Source of the DNA: Carcharhinus longimanus
Lineage: Eukaryota
NCBI GenBank assembly: GCA_030264375.1
Contig: JASCQW010000027.1
Span: 45,049,034-45,113,033 of the forward strand
Reading direction: 5' to 3'
DNA: 64,000 bases
Shown: positions 51,155 through 63,980 of the stretch, one piece after another
How positions within the stretch are numbered: the first letter of the stretch is position 1
Layout of the letters: every line of letters starts with the position of its first letter
The notes under the pieces: generated by a model
What the model saw: the letters and a program-made list of their open reading frames with translations, nothing else
What the model was told of the DNA's origin: nothing
The model's database searches: none
Translations under genes and position numbers: made by a program

Positions 51155-51930
51155 TATTCCTGAAAAGCGAGGCATGCTGCTCAATTTTTCATCTTGCACA
51201 CATCAAGACAAATGCAAGAATGCCAAATTTTAAGCGATCACAATCGCTGATGCTATAGGAGAAATGGGGGCTGTTTGGCTGGCAAATTGACTCTGGCCAA
51301 GACATGGCCATGGAGAAAGCAGCAGGAAATTATAGGCTCTTCAAGCTACCAGGTAATTCAAAAGAGTGCAAGGCTTGAACATTTTCCTTTTTGTTTGTAG
51401 AGAACAGGTTCCTGCTTGTGAATGAGCCACGTTATGAGCTTGACAGATTAAAAATTGGTTGTTTCTATAGCTACTAACACATTCGGGGTTGTTCAGCAAG
51501 TGTCCAATCGTGGAATCAAATCTAACAAATTTTATTTTGGATTTTGAAAGCTGGTTGATTCACTTGATGATAATCCCGAATATGCTAATAGCTGCACTAA
51601 TAACCAATTTAACATAAACAGTCAAGCTAATTATCTGGTCTATTTATGCTCGCTACAAGTGACATACATTCATAAGCAGGGATCTTTTCTCTGCAAATGA
51701 GAGGAATATGTTCATGCCTTGTGCCTTTTCTGAATTGTTTGGGTGCCCATGGTTCTCCTGTCCTTCCTTCATGGCAGCGTCACAGCCAACCAGAGTCAAC
51801 TTGCCAACCAGTCAGCACTCTTTTTGCCTGTAATATAAATTGTTGTGATCATTTGAAATTTGGCATTTTTGCATTTGTTCTGATGAATCCAAGATAAAAA
51901 GGATTGGCACAATGTCTCTTTTCAGCAATA
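51155..51930. mobile_element. ~780-bp fold-back (palindromic) element, probably Penelope-derived
   Basis: Left and right halves are degenerate reverse complements, e.g. 51201-51244 versus 51843-51885, and termini tattcctgaaaag / cttttcagcaata. Confidence 0.7.
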
Positions 51931-52579
51931 TAAAATGAATCCATAAGACTGACCTTGGACTCATGTATTTTTTTCAGAGGAATTAGGACTCATGATGAAG
52001 AACAAAAATCAAAGCTTTTTTTTCCCTTCCTACTTCCACAAAATATTTGCCAGGCTCCACTGCTACAGCTTAGGTCAGCAAAGTATATATAGGTCAAGGA
52101 TTGAGACTGTCACCTTCCTGATCTGCAAGGCTCAGAACCAGCTGTTGGTGAATCACACTATTAGCAGTGTCCCATATTAGCATATTTTAAATGTTATCAA
52201 TAAAAATACAGAAGTTTCTCAATTCAGAACTTGTGCTCATAGATATATCACTACTTTAGCTTGCCCTCCAAGTCATATTGGGTTGATTTTAAGAAATTTT
52301 GTGTGAAATTGTCTTCAATTTAAGTTTTGAAAGCACAGATTCAAATTGCGGTTAATAGCTTAGTACTGAAAGCTTATGTTGAATCTTATCTGAATAATAC
52401 TGCGGAAAGTATTTTAAAATTGGTGTTTAAATATTTGATATTCAAATATGTAAATAGTTTCAATAATTCAGCAAAGAACTTGGACGGATGAAAGCAAGCA
52501 TGCATAATGAACTAAATTAAAAATCTGCTATAAAGGATGTTCTTTCCACTGTGAAAGAAACTGGGGTTTTTATGTGCAG

Positions 52580-52759
52580 GTGGACTGGGCGGGTATGGCT
52601 CTGACAGTGAAGATGAGAGAAGTGAGAGAGCCTCTGAGTCCTCTGACACTGATGATGAAGAACTACACCGCAGAATCAGACAAAAACAAGATGCCTTTAG
52701 ACGCAAGGAAAGGGAATTGCAACAGCTACTACAACAGCAGCAGGAGAAACAAATAGAAG
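52580..52759 (+). CDS. PNISR: PNISR coding exon 9
   Basis: GGLGGYGSDSEDERSERASESSDTDDEELHRRIRQKQDAFRRKERE...KQIE. AAG|GTATGA donor. Confidence 0.95.
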
Positions 52760-54139
52760 GTATGACTGCTGTTTGAGGGGAGGTTATGAATTTGACTCAG
52801 ACTTGTTAATGGGATATTCTCCAGTATTTACCTATATCTTTCCCTTGCTTTTCCTTTTCCCCCCTGAGGATTTTTTTAACCAACATTGGCCTATGGGTGC
52901 ATTATTCAGTACCTGACTGTTGTCAATGTACTTCTCGACCCCATGAACTTTGGAATAATGAAGGCAGTTGCAATACCACTGATGCTCACTTAGTGCGATC
53001 CAGCTAATTTAAGAATTGAAGTCAATACATACCTGGTCTGTGTACTTCTCTGAACTATTTATAGAGCCAGGCTTTTCACAGTATATATCTCTTCTGTCAT
53101 ACTTCTGTATTATAAAGCTTTGCAGCCATTGGCCACAACAAGCTGATTCTGTTGAGCTCCTTATGCTGTTTGCCCACCATTTTGCTTTATTTTCTCATTT
53201 TTGATTTGGTTCGAATGCACCTGGCACAGTTGCTGAAACTGTACAGCCAGTTTCCAAACAGCCTTTTGTCCTGTCCAACTCGTTTTTCATTTTTTAAGCC
53301 AGAACTATTCTGTCTACCTCGGCCCTTGTGGGTCGATTTGGCCAACACATTTATGTTTTGGAACTACTCCCAAATTAGGACTGATTGTGTCTCAAGTCTT
53401 CCACCATCAGACCTAACAACTTTATATTACCAACTTAATCTTCAACCCTCTTTGGTTATTGAATCTCCCATTCACACTTCCTTCTGAATTTCCAGCATTG
53501 AGCTGATAAATACAAAAGTAGTTTACGCTGCAAATACAAAGGATTGGCTCTTCCAGCCCAGTGATGAGTTACTTCAGCCCTCACAACTGTCACAGTGAGT
53601 AACTGCCTGACAGGTTCAAGCACAATCCTGGCAATTGCACCTGTCCATGAAGGGGTAACCAGACAAATCTGTTAACCAAAAAGCAAATTGGGTTAGATCA
53701 ACATTTCAGATCCAATTACAACTATTCTAAGATAGTAACCTAACCTTTTTTCAATTCATCACAAATACTACCTGCCTGCAGACTGCTTTTTGTGTTATTT
53801 CTACAAATAAATACATCTCTCAAACTAACTTTCACAAGTAGTAAGCATTTGAAACTTTAGTGATGCAGTCTAGCTCTAGTCACTTCACAATAATGCAAAT
53901 ATCTTTTTTATGCAGCTTTACTTTCTGTTTCTAATATCAATTAAAAGTTATTGTATTTCTCGGACATACTGACAAAAGTTTACTCTTGTACAAATTAAAA
54001 TCTCATTCAATATTTTAACTTAATAGTCAAAACTTATCAGCATTTAAGATATATTTCATTATTTTCCCATCCTTACAAAACATCAAATCCTCGAGCAGAC
54101 CTAATGTGATCAGCTGGAATGTAATAAAACATTTTAAAG

Positions 54140-54430
54140 TCTAAAGTTTATTTATTAGTGTCACAAGTAGGCTTCCATTAACACTGAAATGAAGCTACTG
54201 TGAAAATCCCCTAGTCACCACACTCTGGCACCTGCTGGGGTACACTGAGGGAGAATTTAGCATGACCTATGCATCTAACCACGTCTGTCAGACTGTGGGA
54301 GGAAACTAGGGCACACAGAGCAAACCCGTGCAGGCGTGGAGAGAAAGTTAAGACTCTGCACAGACAGTGATCCAAGCTGGGAATGGAACCAGGTCCCTGG
54401 CGCTGTGAGGCAGCAGTGCTCACCACTGTG
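54140..54430 (-). mobile_element. V-SINE/HE1-like SINE
   Basis: Full inverted copy: aaagtttatttattagtgtcacaagtaggc...ccctggcgctgtgaggcagcagtgct. Confidence 0.82.
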
Positions 54431-54919
54431 GAGATAATGGCCATGACAATACGTGGTACATTAAGTACATACAATAGGAGCAAAAATGTTGATGGACCAT
54501 TGTCAATATGTAACTTCACTGAGTGTATGCAGGTGAGACACAGAACTACAGTGAGTAGGGTTCTGGGTGGGCAAAGTAAGCTAATTATTTAACCTTGGGG
54601 AGGATGTGTAGCTGCATGCCAATCTGCAAAGAAGCAATAGGGCTGCCTTTTATAATGTTATACTCCTTGTCTACTAGAGTCTTTGTTGAGAGCATACGTT
54701 CTGCATTGCACAATGCTCCTGCATTTATTGCCTGACTTAAGAACTCAATGGGGGAGATAATGCTAATAAATTGTTTTTCCTTGATGATCTTGTAGATTCT
54801 AAATCCAGAATTTAGGTTAATTTAGGTCCTTTTAGTTAATGCCCCTCATCATCTCCTAAGTGTGTGATCTTGGGCTAAGCTTTGAGTGTCTACAATCTCC
54901 CTCCAGGGATGAAAGACTT

Positions 54920-55290
54920 TATGGGGGTGACTGGAAAAACAGAGGTTATCTTTTTGAGTAGAGATGGTTAAGAGGAGATTTGACAGAGGCATTCAAAATC
55001 CTTAAAAGTTTTTATAGAGTAAATAAGGTTGTTTTCAGTATCAGAGGGGCCAGTAACCAGAGGACATCAATTTAAGGTAATGACAAAAGAAATAAAGACT
55101 ACATGAGGAAAGAGTATTTTTTGTCAATGAAAGGATGGTGAAAGCAGATTCCACAATAACTTTCAATAGGGAATTGGGTGTTTGAAAGGTAAAAGTTTGC
55201 AGGGGAGTGAGGCTAATTGGATAGCTCTTTCAAACGGCTCATATAGGCATTATGGATTATTGTCATCCTATGTTGTATCATACTGTAGTT
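54920..55290 (+). mobile_element. Degraded CR1 3' fragment
   Basis: ggttaagaggagatttga...aaccagaggacatcaatttaagg...ttggatagctctttcaa. Confidence 0.55.
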
Positions 55291-56171
55291 TTATTTAATG
55301 CATTTAAGTGACCATATTTCATAAGTGAGTCTAAAAATTGAGTGCTGAATGCTATCTTTCAACTAGATACATATTTAAAGTAAGAATGGTGTAGCAAATA
55401 GGAACAAGAATTTTGACTTTTTCCCACCATGTCTCATGCCAAGTGTTGATTCAAGTCAAGTATTTTCCATTGCATTACTATCCTCGTTGAAGGTGCAGTT
55501 ACCCTTTGAACATTAGAGATTTTTTAAGTCCCTGCCAACCCATCCAACTACAATATGTTTTTAAAGAAAAACGTGGGATGGTATGATTCCAAGATTATGT
55601 GTTTATTTTAATAGATGTTTTATAGTTAAGTCAGAAATGTCGACTAGTAGCCTGTGTAGCTGCAGGTAGAATACTGATTTAAATTTCATTACCTAAAAAC
55701 ATTAAATTGAGCCAATGGAATGATGCATCTTACCATACAAATGGTCTTTATGGGAAATAGCAATGGAACATTTTGAGAAGGCTGTACTATTTGACATTCA
55801 AAATGTGCTCATAGTTTGTATTTTTAGTTTTGTAAATGCATTTTTTTTTGTTTTAATTTATTTAAAATCCCTATAATTTTCCTTTTAACACCAGGATGCC
55901 CAAACTGGCCAAGCAACTTTATCTCAATTGCTCTTATTGCACAATTTGCTGCTTTGTTCTGATTGAATTTTGTGGGCTGAAAGCTTGAAAATGACTTTTT
56001 TGCATGGCTGCCTCATTGGATAAATCCTAAACACGCAGTCAAGATTTGTTTCAAGATTTGGTTTTCCATGTTAATTCTTCATTGCATTTTTACATAACTA
56101 ATACATAAGGCTCATTGAAACTCATAACTTCTCCAGATCATTTTTAGTTCATTTTTATTTTTGTTTTCCAG

Positions 56172-57307
56172 ATGTAAAACATCAAGAGGGCAAGTTTTTC
56201 AGGGAGGTGGATATTAAGGAACAGATTAAAGAACATGGTGGCAGTGCAGTAAAACAGGAAGGGAAAGAAAAAGAGTGTGAAACTGTTATTGAAAAGAAAA
56301 GAACTCAGAGTGAAACTGAACCCAACTCAGAAATGAGTAAAAGCTTCAGTGAGAAAAACTCAAAGGAGAAAGCTTCAAGAAACAGAAGTTCCTCCAGCAG
56401 TAGTAGTGGGAGTAGCAGCACCAGTGGCACCACTAGCAGCAGTAGTAGATCCAGGAGCTCAACTTCCAGCAGCAGCACAGAAAGCAGTAGTAGCTCTTCC
56501 TATTCCTTTTCTCCCAAGAGAAAGAAAAAATGGAGCCGTAGCAGGTCCCCTTCCCGTAAAACCAGACGTAGTAGCAGAAGCCAGAGTTACTCTCGTAGGC
56601 ATCGAAGGGAGAGGAGTAGAAGCCGTGATAGACTTAGAAGAAACAGCAGAAATGAAAGTTGGGAAAGGGAGAGGCGGAGACATCGCAGTGGGTCCCGAAA
56701 CAGAAGAAGTGGAGATAGGCAAAGAAGTAGAAGCAAGAGTGATGTCAAGCATGTCAGTCGCAGTAGGAGCAAGGAAAGACGTAGAAGTCCTGAAAGGCGT
56801 AGGAGCCATAGCAGAGGTAGAATCAGACAAAGGGGAAATAGTAAAGACAGGGAAAGGAAAAAACTTAGGAGTGGAAGTGTAGAGCGGGTTAAAAAGAGAG
56901 AGGAAAAGAAAAAGGACAAAGAGAAGGATCAGGACAAAAAGAAAGACAAACAGAGAAAGGATAAGCAAAAGGAGGATAAAGACAGCAATAAGTCCAGCAG
57001 TCAGGATGAGAGTAAGCTGAAGCGAAAAAGGGAATCAGAGCGGACTTACTCACGCAGTAGCTCCAGTAAACTGCCACAGCAGTATTCCAGGCAGGATAGC
57101 AAGTCCAGCAAGAAAGGATCTACAAAAGATGGTAAAAAGCGTTCAGACACAGAATCTAGTGCAAGAAGCAGCTCTCATTCTCCAGATAGCAACAGAGAGA
57201 AGAAAGCAAAGAAATCGAAACGCAGTCGCTCAAGATCAGTGGAAAAATCTCAAAGGTCTGGTAAGAAGGCAAGCCGCAAACACAAGTCTAAGTCACGATC
57301 AAGGTAG
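56172..57307 (+). CDS. PNISR: PNISR coding exon 10, Ser/Arg/Lys-rich RS domain, ending at TAG
   Basis: Acceptor ttttgttttccag. Poly-Ser tract, RS repeats, LKRKRESERT, and terminal RSRSVEKSQRSGKKASRKHKSKSRSR* as in recalled human PNISR. Confidence 0.96.
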
Positions 57308-57520
57308 TACACATTTTATACAATTTCTCTTTATTTTTTGTAAAGTTATAAGGCCAGTAATGTTAAAATGGTACCAACATATTGGTCTGTTCAGTGTTCT
57401 ATTTTATTTATACGATTAATCTCTTAAATTGAAATACTATATTTTCAATTAATTTAGCTAGTGATTAGAGTGCAATCTTGTATGTTATTAATTTCCTTTT
57501 TTTTCTCCTTTCTTCTACAG

Positions 57521-57551
57521 GTCGAGGACGCCCAATAATCGTAAGCATTAA
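57521..57551 (+). CDS. PNISR: Alternative terminal coding mini-exon of PNISR
   Basis: Very strong acceptor ttccttttttttctcctttcttctacag. Joined to AG|GTAGTA at 57303 it gives ...SRSR-SRTPNNRKH*. Confidence 0.7.
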
Positions 57552-57812
57552 GGGGGAAAAATATGTGGCAACCTTGCCAGATCAGAAATTCCATGAGTTT
57601 TGGAGGCTTGTCTCATTATAGAGACATACGTGACAACTGTGTAGGTGTTTATATGTATATAGGTGTAAATTTTTTCTAAGTGCTGTCTATAGTTCAGTAC
57701 TTAAAGGTTTTATTTGTATTGCATTCTTCTAAGACTATTCACACTGTAAAAACAGTTTGCTTTCAGTTGTAACATTTTAACATAAAACTTACACTAACTG
57801 TAGTTTGCTGTC

Positions 57813-57818
57813 AATAAA
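57813..57818 (+). terminator. Candidate PNISR poly(A) signal
   Basis: AATAAA about 260 nt after the distal stop, followed by T/GT-rich sequence. Confidence 0.5.
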
Positions 57819-57897
57819 CTTTTCAAATTGGTTTTGTTAAACATTTCCCATTGTTTACTGCTGATATTTGAGCAAAAAAGGTATGGGTATGAACAGT

Positions 57898-58045
57898 AAA
57901 AGTTAAAGACATCATAGTCCCAGGTGACCATTGGCTGCTCTCACCTTGGAGGGGCAGAGCTGGCTATTGGCATTTTAACTTGAGGATCATCACACTTCTG
58001 GCGAGGGGCAAGGTTGAGAAGGCATGGCCTTCATGTATAATCTGT
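57898..58045 (-). mobile_element. SINE fragment of the 17075 family
   Basis: Reverse complement of ccttgccc..gcc..agg...gagagcagcc. Confidence 0.6.
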
Positions 58046-58696
58046 CGGTACAACAGTAGAAAGGATCAACACCTGAAAAGCAGTGAATCAAGAACACTTT
58101 AAGTTTAGCCTTACTTCAAACAATTTTCACTTAGCATTAAAATTGAAGTTTTTTACAATTCACAAAAAGACTGTGTGAAACCTGCTGGAAGACAAAGTCT
58201 TGCCCCGGGGCTTGAGTACGGCGAACGATTTCAGTATAGTGTCAAATTTTATTCAAAAAAGAGACTCCTTTCGGCTTCCTCGGCACTTAGCTACCTATAC
58301 ATGATTTAAATGTTTGCAGCACACAGGCTGTGCCCAAGTTATCATTTAAGTTTTAAACATGCACTCAGGGGAACATCTGGCAGAGTCGAGCAAAATCAAC
58401 AAGGTGTAGACTGATCAAAATTGGTAGCTGCAGGATAAAACTACTAATGGAAGATGTTGTATATGTTGATTATAATATTATTGTGGTTTAGTTTAATGTA
58501 TAAGTGATACATATGAAAGAAAAATTATACATAAAACCCTTACAGTGCAGAAGGACGCCATTCAGCCTATCAAGTCTGCACCAATTTTCTGACACACCAT
58601 CTTACTCAGCCCCTATCCTCTTAACCCCACATATTTACTAATGCTAGTCTGTGTAACCTAGATGTGGAGATGCCAGCGTTGAACTGGCACGGGCAT

Positions 58697-58848
58697 AGTA
58701 AGATGTCTCATGACACCAGGTTAATGTCCAACAGGTTATTTTGGGCTGCTGCTCCTTCATCAGCGTTGATGAAGGAGCAGCGTTCTGAAAGCTCGTGCTA
58801 CCAAATAAACATGTTGGACTTTAACCTGGTGTTGTGAGACTTCTTACT
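58697..58848. mobile_element. Short fold-back Penelope-derived element inside an antisense SINE
   Basis: Outer arms agtaagatgtctcatgacaccaggttaatgtccaaca / tgttggactttaacctggtgttgtgagacttcttact; inner perfect 15-bp stem 58748-58762 / 58767-58781. One arm also occurs at 44071-44160. Confidence 0.75.
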
Positions 58849-60784
58849 GTACCACCTAACTTACACATCTTTGGATGCTAAGGGGCGATTTAGCAGGTCC
58901 AATCCACCTAACCTGCACATCTTTAGACTTACATTTCTGGGATTTACTCATTGAAATAATTACAAATTCAGAAGGGAGAACGATAATTATCTTCACTTAA
59001 CTGTTTTACCATTTAAAAAAAACTACACTTCTGAAACTTCACCTATTTATTTCTCTAAAATTTAACTCATGGCTACTCTTCCACTCTCAAATTTCCCATC
59101 ACTTCCTCTTAATATCGATACCTCCCTGCATGACAGAAACCGTCTCCATCATATGCTCCTCCCCACCCCACAACAAAATACTGCCCTCTTCCTCTTGCCC
59201 TTGGGAGAAGGAATTTTTTTTTTTTTTTAAAACCCTGATCCCTTCTTTTCTTCCTTCTCCAACTCCATCTTCCCAACACCAGCTTTCCCTTTGGCACTCC
59301 AGCCAACATCGCAATGTCCTCTTGAACAGCTTCCATCTGTTTCCAATATTCTCATCACCAAATCTCCCGTTGAGACTGGCTACAATACCCATCTCCATAT
59401 CTTTGAGGGCCATTGACTGCTGTAATTGTCATTTGACAATGTTTGTCCTTAAGGGAACACACAATTTAGGAATTTTGGCTTGGTCAATATTTGGACGTGA
59501 AACATAGCTAAATGTTTCCAGTTGGACCATACATCAGAACATTTGAAACACAGCACATGTTACAACTTACAAAATATAAATCTAATTATTCACCTGATAC
59601 AGTAATGAAAAGTTATTGGTCCTTTAGATGTAGGCACTTCACATCACACAAAGACAGACCTTTTCCATTGAAACATTTCAAATATATAAATTGAAAATCA
59701 TTTAAAAATATAAATCCTTTGAGTTGTCTATCCTGCTTGCTTAGTACATTGCGGGTAGGTGCTTAAATTTATGCTTTTGAAAAAAAAATCATACATTTGA
59801 TGGGATAACATCCAAATTATTCTGAAAGGGGTAGTATCTGCCACCTGTGAACTTGTAAGCTTCAGTTACATTCATAACTTCAAAATGCCTAACAAAATAA
59901 TAGTATGCTCCACTGTAAAGAAGACAGAACTCCTGTGGCATTCTCATGGTGAGTCAACAGACAAATTTTTAATATTATAAAGTAGAAAAGGCCAAATAGG
60001 ATTTGAGTACATCTAGCCTGATACTCAATTAAAATCTGGGGTACAAGTATACTGAGCAATGCCTTGAATTTAATTTGTACATTTGAATTATGAATAACAT
60101 TAGACTCGAGTCCTGAATAAGCATTTACTTTGCGTGTAATATTTGTGTATATGCTAAGTTATTAGTTTGCATTTTTCATCTGAAAATTGACATTGCAATG
60201 CAATTCACAAAATGTGGAATTTGATACAATAAAAATATTCAGTATATAAAAAAAATTATTCAGTCATTGTGGACCTGTAAACATACCATTTGAAAGCACC
60301 TGAGTATTATCTGACGTATGTGCTTGAAGATTTGGAACTGACAAAAGGATTTTGTGAGGTTGTATTCTTTTCAGCAGATTTCATAATTTCATCAGAAACT
60401 GGGTGGATTACAGAAGTTTCAAATACTCCAAATTAACAAATTTTGCTTTTTATTATAGTTTGTATTTTGGTTTCTGACCTTTTGCAAAGGAGCTGTTTAT
60501 CAAGGCCACAATTAAAATACAGTAATTTAACCAGTTTTATTCTGGGATAATATTCATCTTGGTTTGTCTTGTGCATTTTATATATTGCAGCTTAGGCTAA
60601 AATATTTCCCTCTTGTCCAATCAGTCCAGCCTAGAAATCAAAGAAATCTTAAATCTAATGGGCTAATGCTTACCATAGTGTTTTCCTCAAAGCAGAGTAT
60701 TGTGGCCAATGTTCATGTACCGAGAATAGATTGGGGAAATATTCATCACTCCTAGTGCGCAGTTAATTCTAAAGGTATCAGGGA

Positions 60785-61175
60785 AAATGATGGTGTAGTA
60801 GTAATATCATTATTCAAGTAATCCAGAACCCAAGCTTAAGGTTCTGGGAACATGAATTCAAACATCATCATGGCAGCTAGTAGAATTTCAATTCAATTCA
60901 TTAAAAATCTGGAATTAAAAAGCTAGTTTTAGTTATGGTGACCATTACAACTATCATCAATTGTTGTTTTAAAATAAAAACCTATCTGGTACACTAAATG
61001 TCCTTCAGGGAAGGAAACTTTCTGTCTCTACCTGATTTTGCCTACATGTGACTCCACATGTCAGTAACATGATTGACTTTTAACTTCTGAGATGTTGTGG
61101 CAAGTATCCAGTTCAAGAGCAAATAAGGATGGACTTTGCCAGAGATGCCCACACTCAGTGGAAGAATAAAAAAAG
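60785..61175 (+). mobile_element. Deu/SacSINE1-like SINE
   Basis: Collinear with 21990-22340 (gtccttcagggaaggaaac, cctacatgtgactcca). Confidence 0.65.
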
Positions 61176-62599
61176 GCAAATCAATTTTAAAAAAAGACAA
61201 AAAGTAGTCTTCAAGGGTCACACCAATGCACTAATTATACGTTGCTTTTCTCAATTTCCGATCTACACAATGAAATGAAACTCCAGTACCATCTGAAATT
61301 ATCAACATAATTAAGAATGGACAAAAGCATTTTTAGTTCAAAGGAATGATTTCTCATTTCCCAAGTCGCTCCGGTTTAGAAAGTAGATACTCTATTTAAA
61401 TCATGCCTTGTGTTGAGATTGTTAAAAATTACAATTAATTTGAACTCGTACTGTAAAAATATGAAAAATGTTATTCCAGGAATTATTGTGTAATAATGAG
61501 ATTAATATAAACAGGTCTTTTTGATGTTGAGTGAGGAATGCTGGCCAGGAAAACCAAATAACATTTTTAATGTTCGTTCTTGAACAATGGAGCAGCCTCT
61601 CTCTGTTTTATTGGAGCCTGAGCCTGGGTAATGAGCGAAAGCATAGGCTGAGGGGAAAGAGTTAGGAAGAAGGCATGGTGAGTGGTATGATGGGGTTAAT
61701 GGAAAATGGACAGAAAAATTGGAAGTAGGTGAGCAGATCATTTGAGGAATAGTAAAACAGCAAGGGAGGGAGGGCTGTTTACAAAAGAGTATTTACAGAA
61801 TAAAATCATTGCCATTGTATTACAGTATTCCAATATGATTTAGCTATTTGTTCATGCGTATGAATACATAAATATCCAGCTACATCACACTCTACTTCAC
61901 TAAAATCTGTATAAATATGTCTGCAGCAAAAGGTGAGATGTGTGAATTACAGCCAATGGCAGCTGCTCTGTGTGCAATAGTGGCAGCAATTGTCTTGAGT
62001 AAAATCTAAACCTTTTAAACATATTTGATAGATTGGGGGGAAAAAAACCACCTGAGTTTGTGCAAAAGTGAAATGGCTAATGGCACAGTAATGAATGGTG
62101 AATTGGGGGAGGGGGTAGATACTGTAGGGATTTTTAAGAAGTTTAACATGCAGACCAGTCGTGGGCAACTTGCAGCTCAGGGACCACTTACGGCCCATCT
62201 GGATTCTGATTGCAGCCTATAAGCCATTTTGGTGACCATTGCTCAAGCACGGGGTTGCCACATTCCACTGGTTTCCATCCACATGTCTTTTTTCCTACTG
62301 GTGTGACTGAAGTGATACTCATGGGAAAATAAGGACAAATGAAATGAGGTGCATGTTGATTGCTGACTGAGAGCTGTGTCCTCTCTCTGTCTAAAAGCGC
62401 AGTTGATGAANNNNNNNNNNNNNNNNNNNNNNNNNNNNNNNNNNNNNNNNNNNNNNNNNNNNNNNNNNNNNNNNNNNNNNNNNNNNNNNNNNNNNNNNNN
62501 NNNNNNNNNNNNNNNNNNNNNNNNNATCTTATTGAATGGCGGGGCAGGCTCGAGGGGCTAGATGGCCTACTCCTGCTCCTATTTCTTATGTTCTTATGT

Positions 62600-63425
62600 A
62601 TACTCCATCACTGGGACAGAGCGATATGCAGTAGCTTTCTGAAGGCAACCGTGAAGAACAAAAGAGTCAGTTGTATCCATTTGTGGGTAGGAGAGAACAG
62701 TTTAGACTTGTTTAATAGCCGGGAGATAAGTGAGGACAACAGTAAAAATCATTTTTTTGAAAATCTCAGCACATACCTCCAAAGTCAAAGCGTCGGATCC
62801 ACTGATAGCAAATTCTGAGTTAGAGCAGGAACTAGGTGAAACTGTTGACATTTCCTAATGAGATTATGAACTTAGATAATTTTAAATTCATAGAAATGGT
62901 TGAAAGGTTGGCGAATCAGCACATTGGGGCTCTACACCAGCAGCCTTGATTTGACAGCACAAGCTCAAAATATCACAGGTTGTTGATACTATGAGAACAT
63001 GTGAGGCCATGAGTAGAGAATTAATTCAAAAGGAAAGCAGGAAAATTAGTATAGTGAAATGGCAAAAAAAAAAATCAGCAAAGATGTGCAAGAACTCTGA
63101 ACAATTTGGAGTTCACAGAAGGAAATGTTTCACAAATGGAGCAAAGTGCAGAACTTGTAAAAAGCCCAAACATTGAAGAAAAAAATGAGAACAAATAAAA
63201 CAAAAATGAGTTATCAGAGACAATACAGGCATATCAGAAGAAAAAGAAACCAAAGCATCCGTGCCCTGGAGGTTGATGATGAGTTTGAAGACATAATAAG
63301 CATAGGAACCGTACAACGGCATGGATTATCTGGATGTGACTTCTGGAAGAAAGTCAGGTGAGAAATCAGCCCACAGCCATAAATCTGAAGTTCAGTACCA
63401 GGGAACAGAGTAACATCATCACATC
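62600..63425 (+). mobile_element. Gypsy-type LTR retrotransposon gag/protease relic
   Basis: KRVSCIHLWVGENSLDLFNS (gag N-terminal-like) and GAKCRTCKKPKH (zinc-knuckle CX2CX4H). Heavily disrupted. Confidence 0.5.
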
Positions 63426-63709
63426 GGAGTATACAGGAACACAGGGGAAGGAGTATGACATTTAGCCCATCAAGCCTATTCCACCTACAATATAATCATG
63501 TCTGACTATCCACTTCAATGCCTTTTTACCACACACCCCATATCTCATAACAGAAAGCTGTTAATCTCTGCCTTGAACATACTCAATGACCGAGCTTCTG
63601 TTGATCTCTGGGTTAGAGAATTCCAATTCACAACCATAGAACCTCTATAGTGCAGCCAGTGGCCATCTGGCTCATCAGTTCTGCACTGCAGCAGCACAGT
63701 AAATGCATG

Positions 63710-63980
63710 AGAGTCAGCACTGCTGCCTCAATGCCAGGGATCTGGGTTTGTTTCCTAGCTTGGGTCACTGTGCAGAGTCTGCACGTTCTCCTTGTGTCCA
63801 CATGGGTTTCCTCAGGTGCTTCAGTTTCCTTCCACAAAGACCTGCTGGTTTGGTGCATTGGCCATGCTAAATTCTCCCTCAGTGTACCCGTACAGTCACT
63901 GTAGTGTGGCAGCTAGGGGATTTTCATAGTAACTTCATTGCAGTGTTAATGTAAGCCTACTTGTGGCACTAATAAAAACT
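63710..63980 (+). mobile_element. V-SINE/HE1-like SINE
   Basis: agcactgctgcctca...gggtttcctcaggtgct...gtaagcctacttgtggcactaataaa. Confidence 0.8.

Noticed and set aside
56349-57077. Alternative-frame and antisense ORFs over the RS exon
   Set aside because: Shadows of the low-complexity purine-rich PNISR coding sequence.
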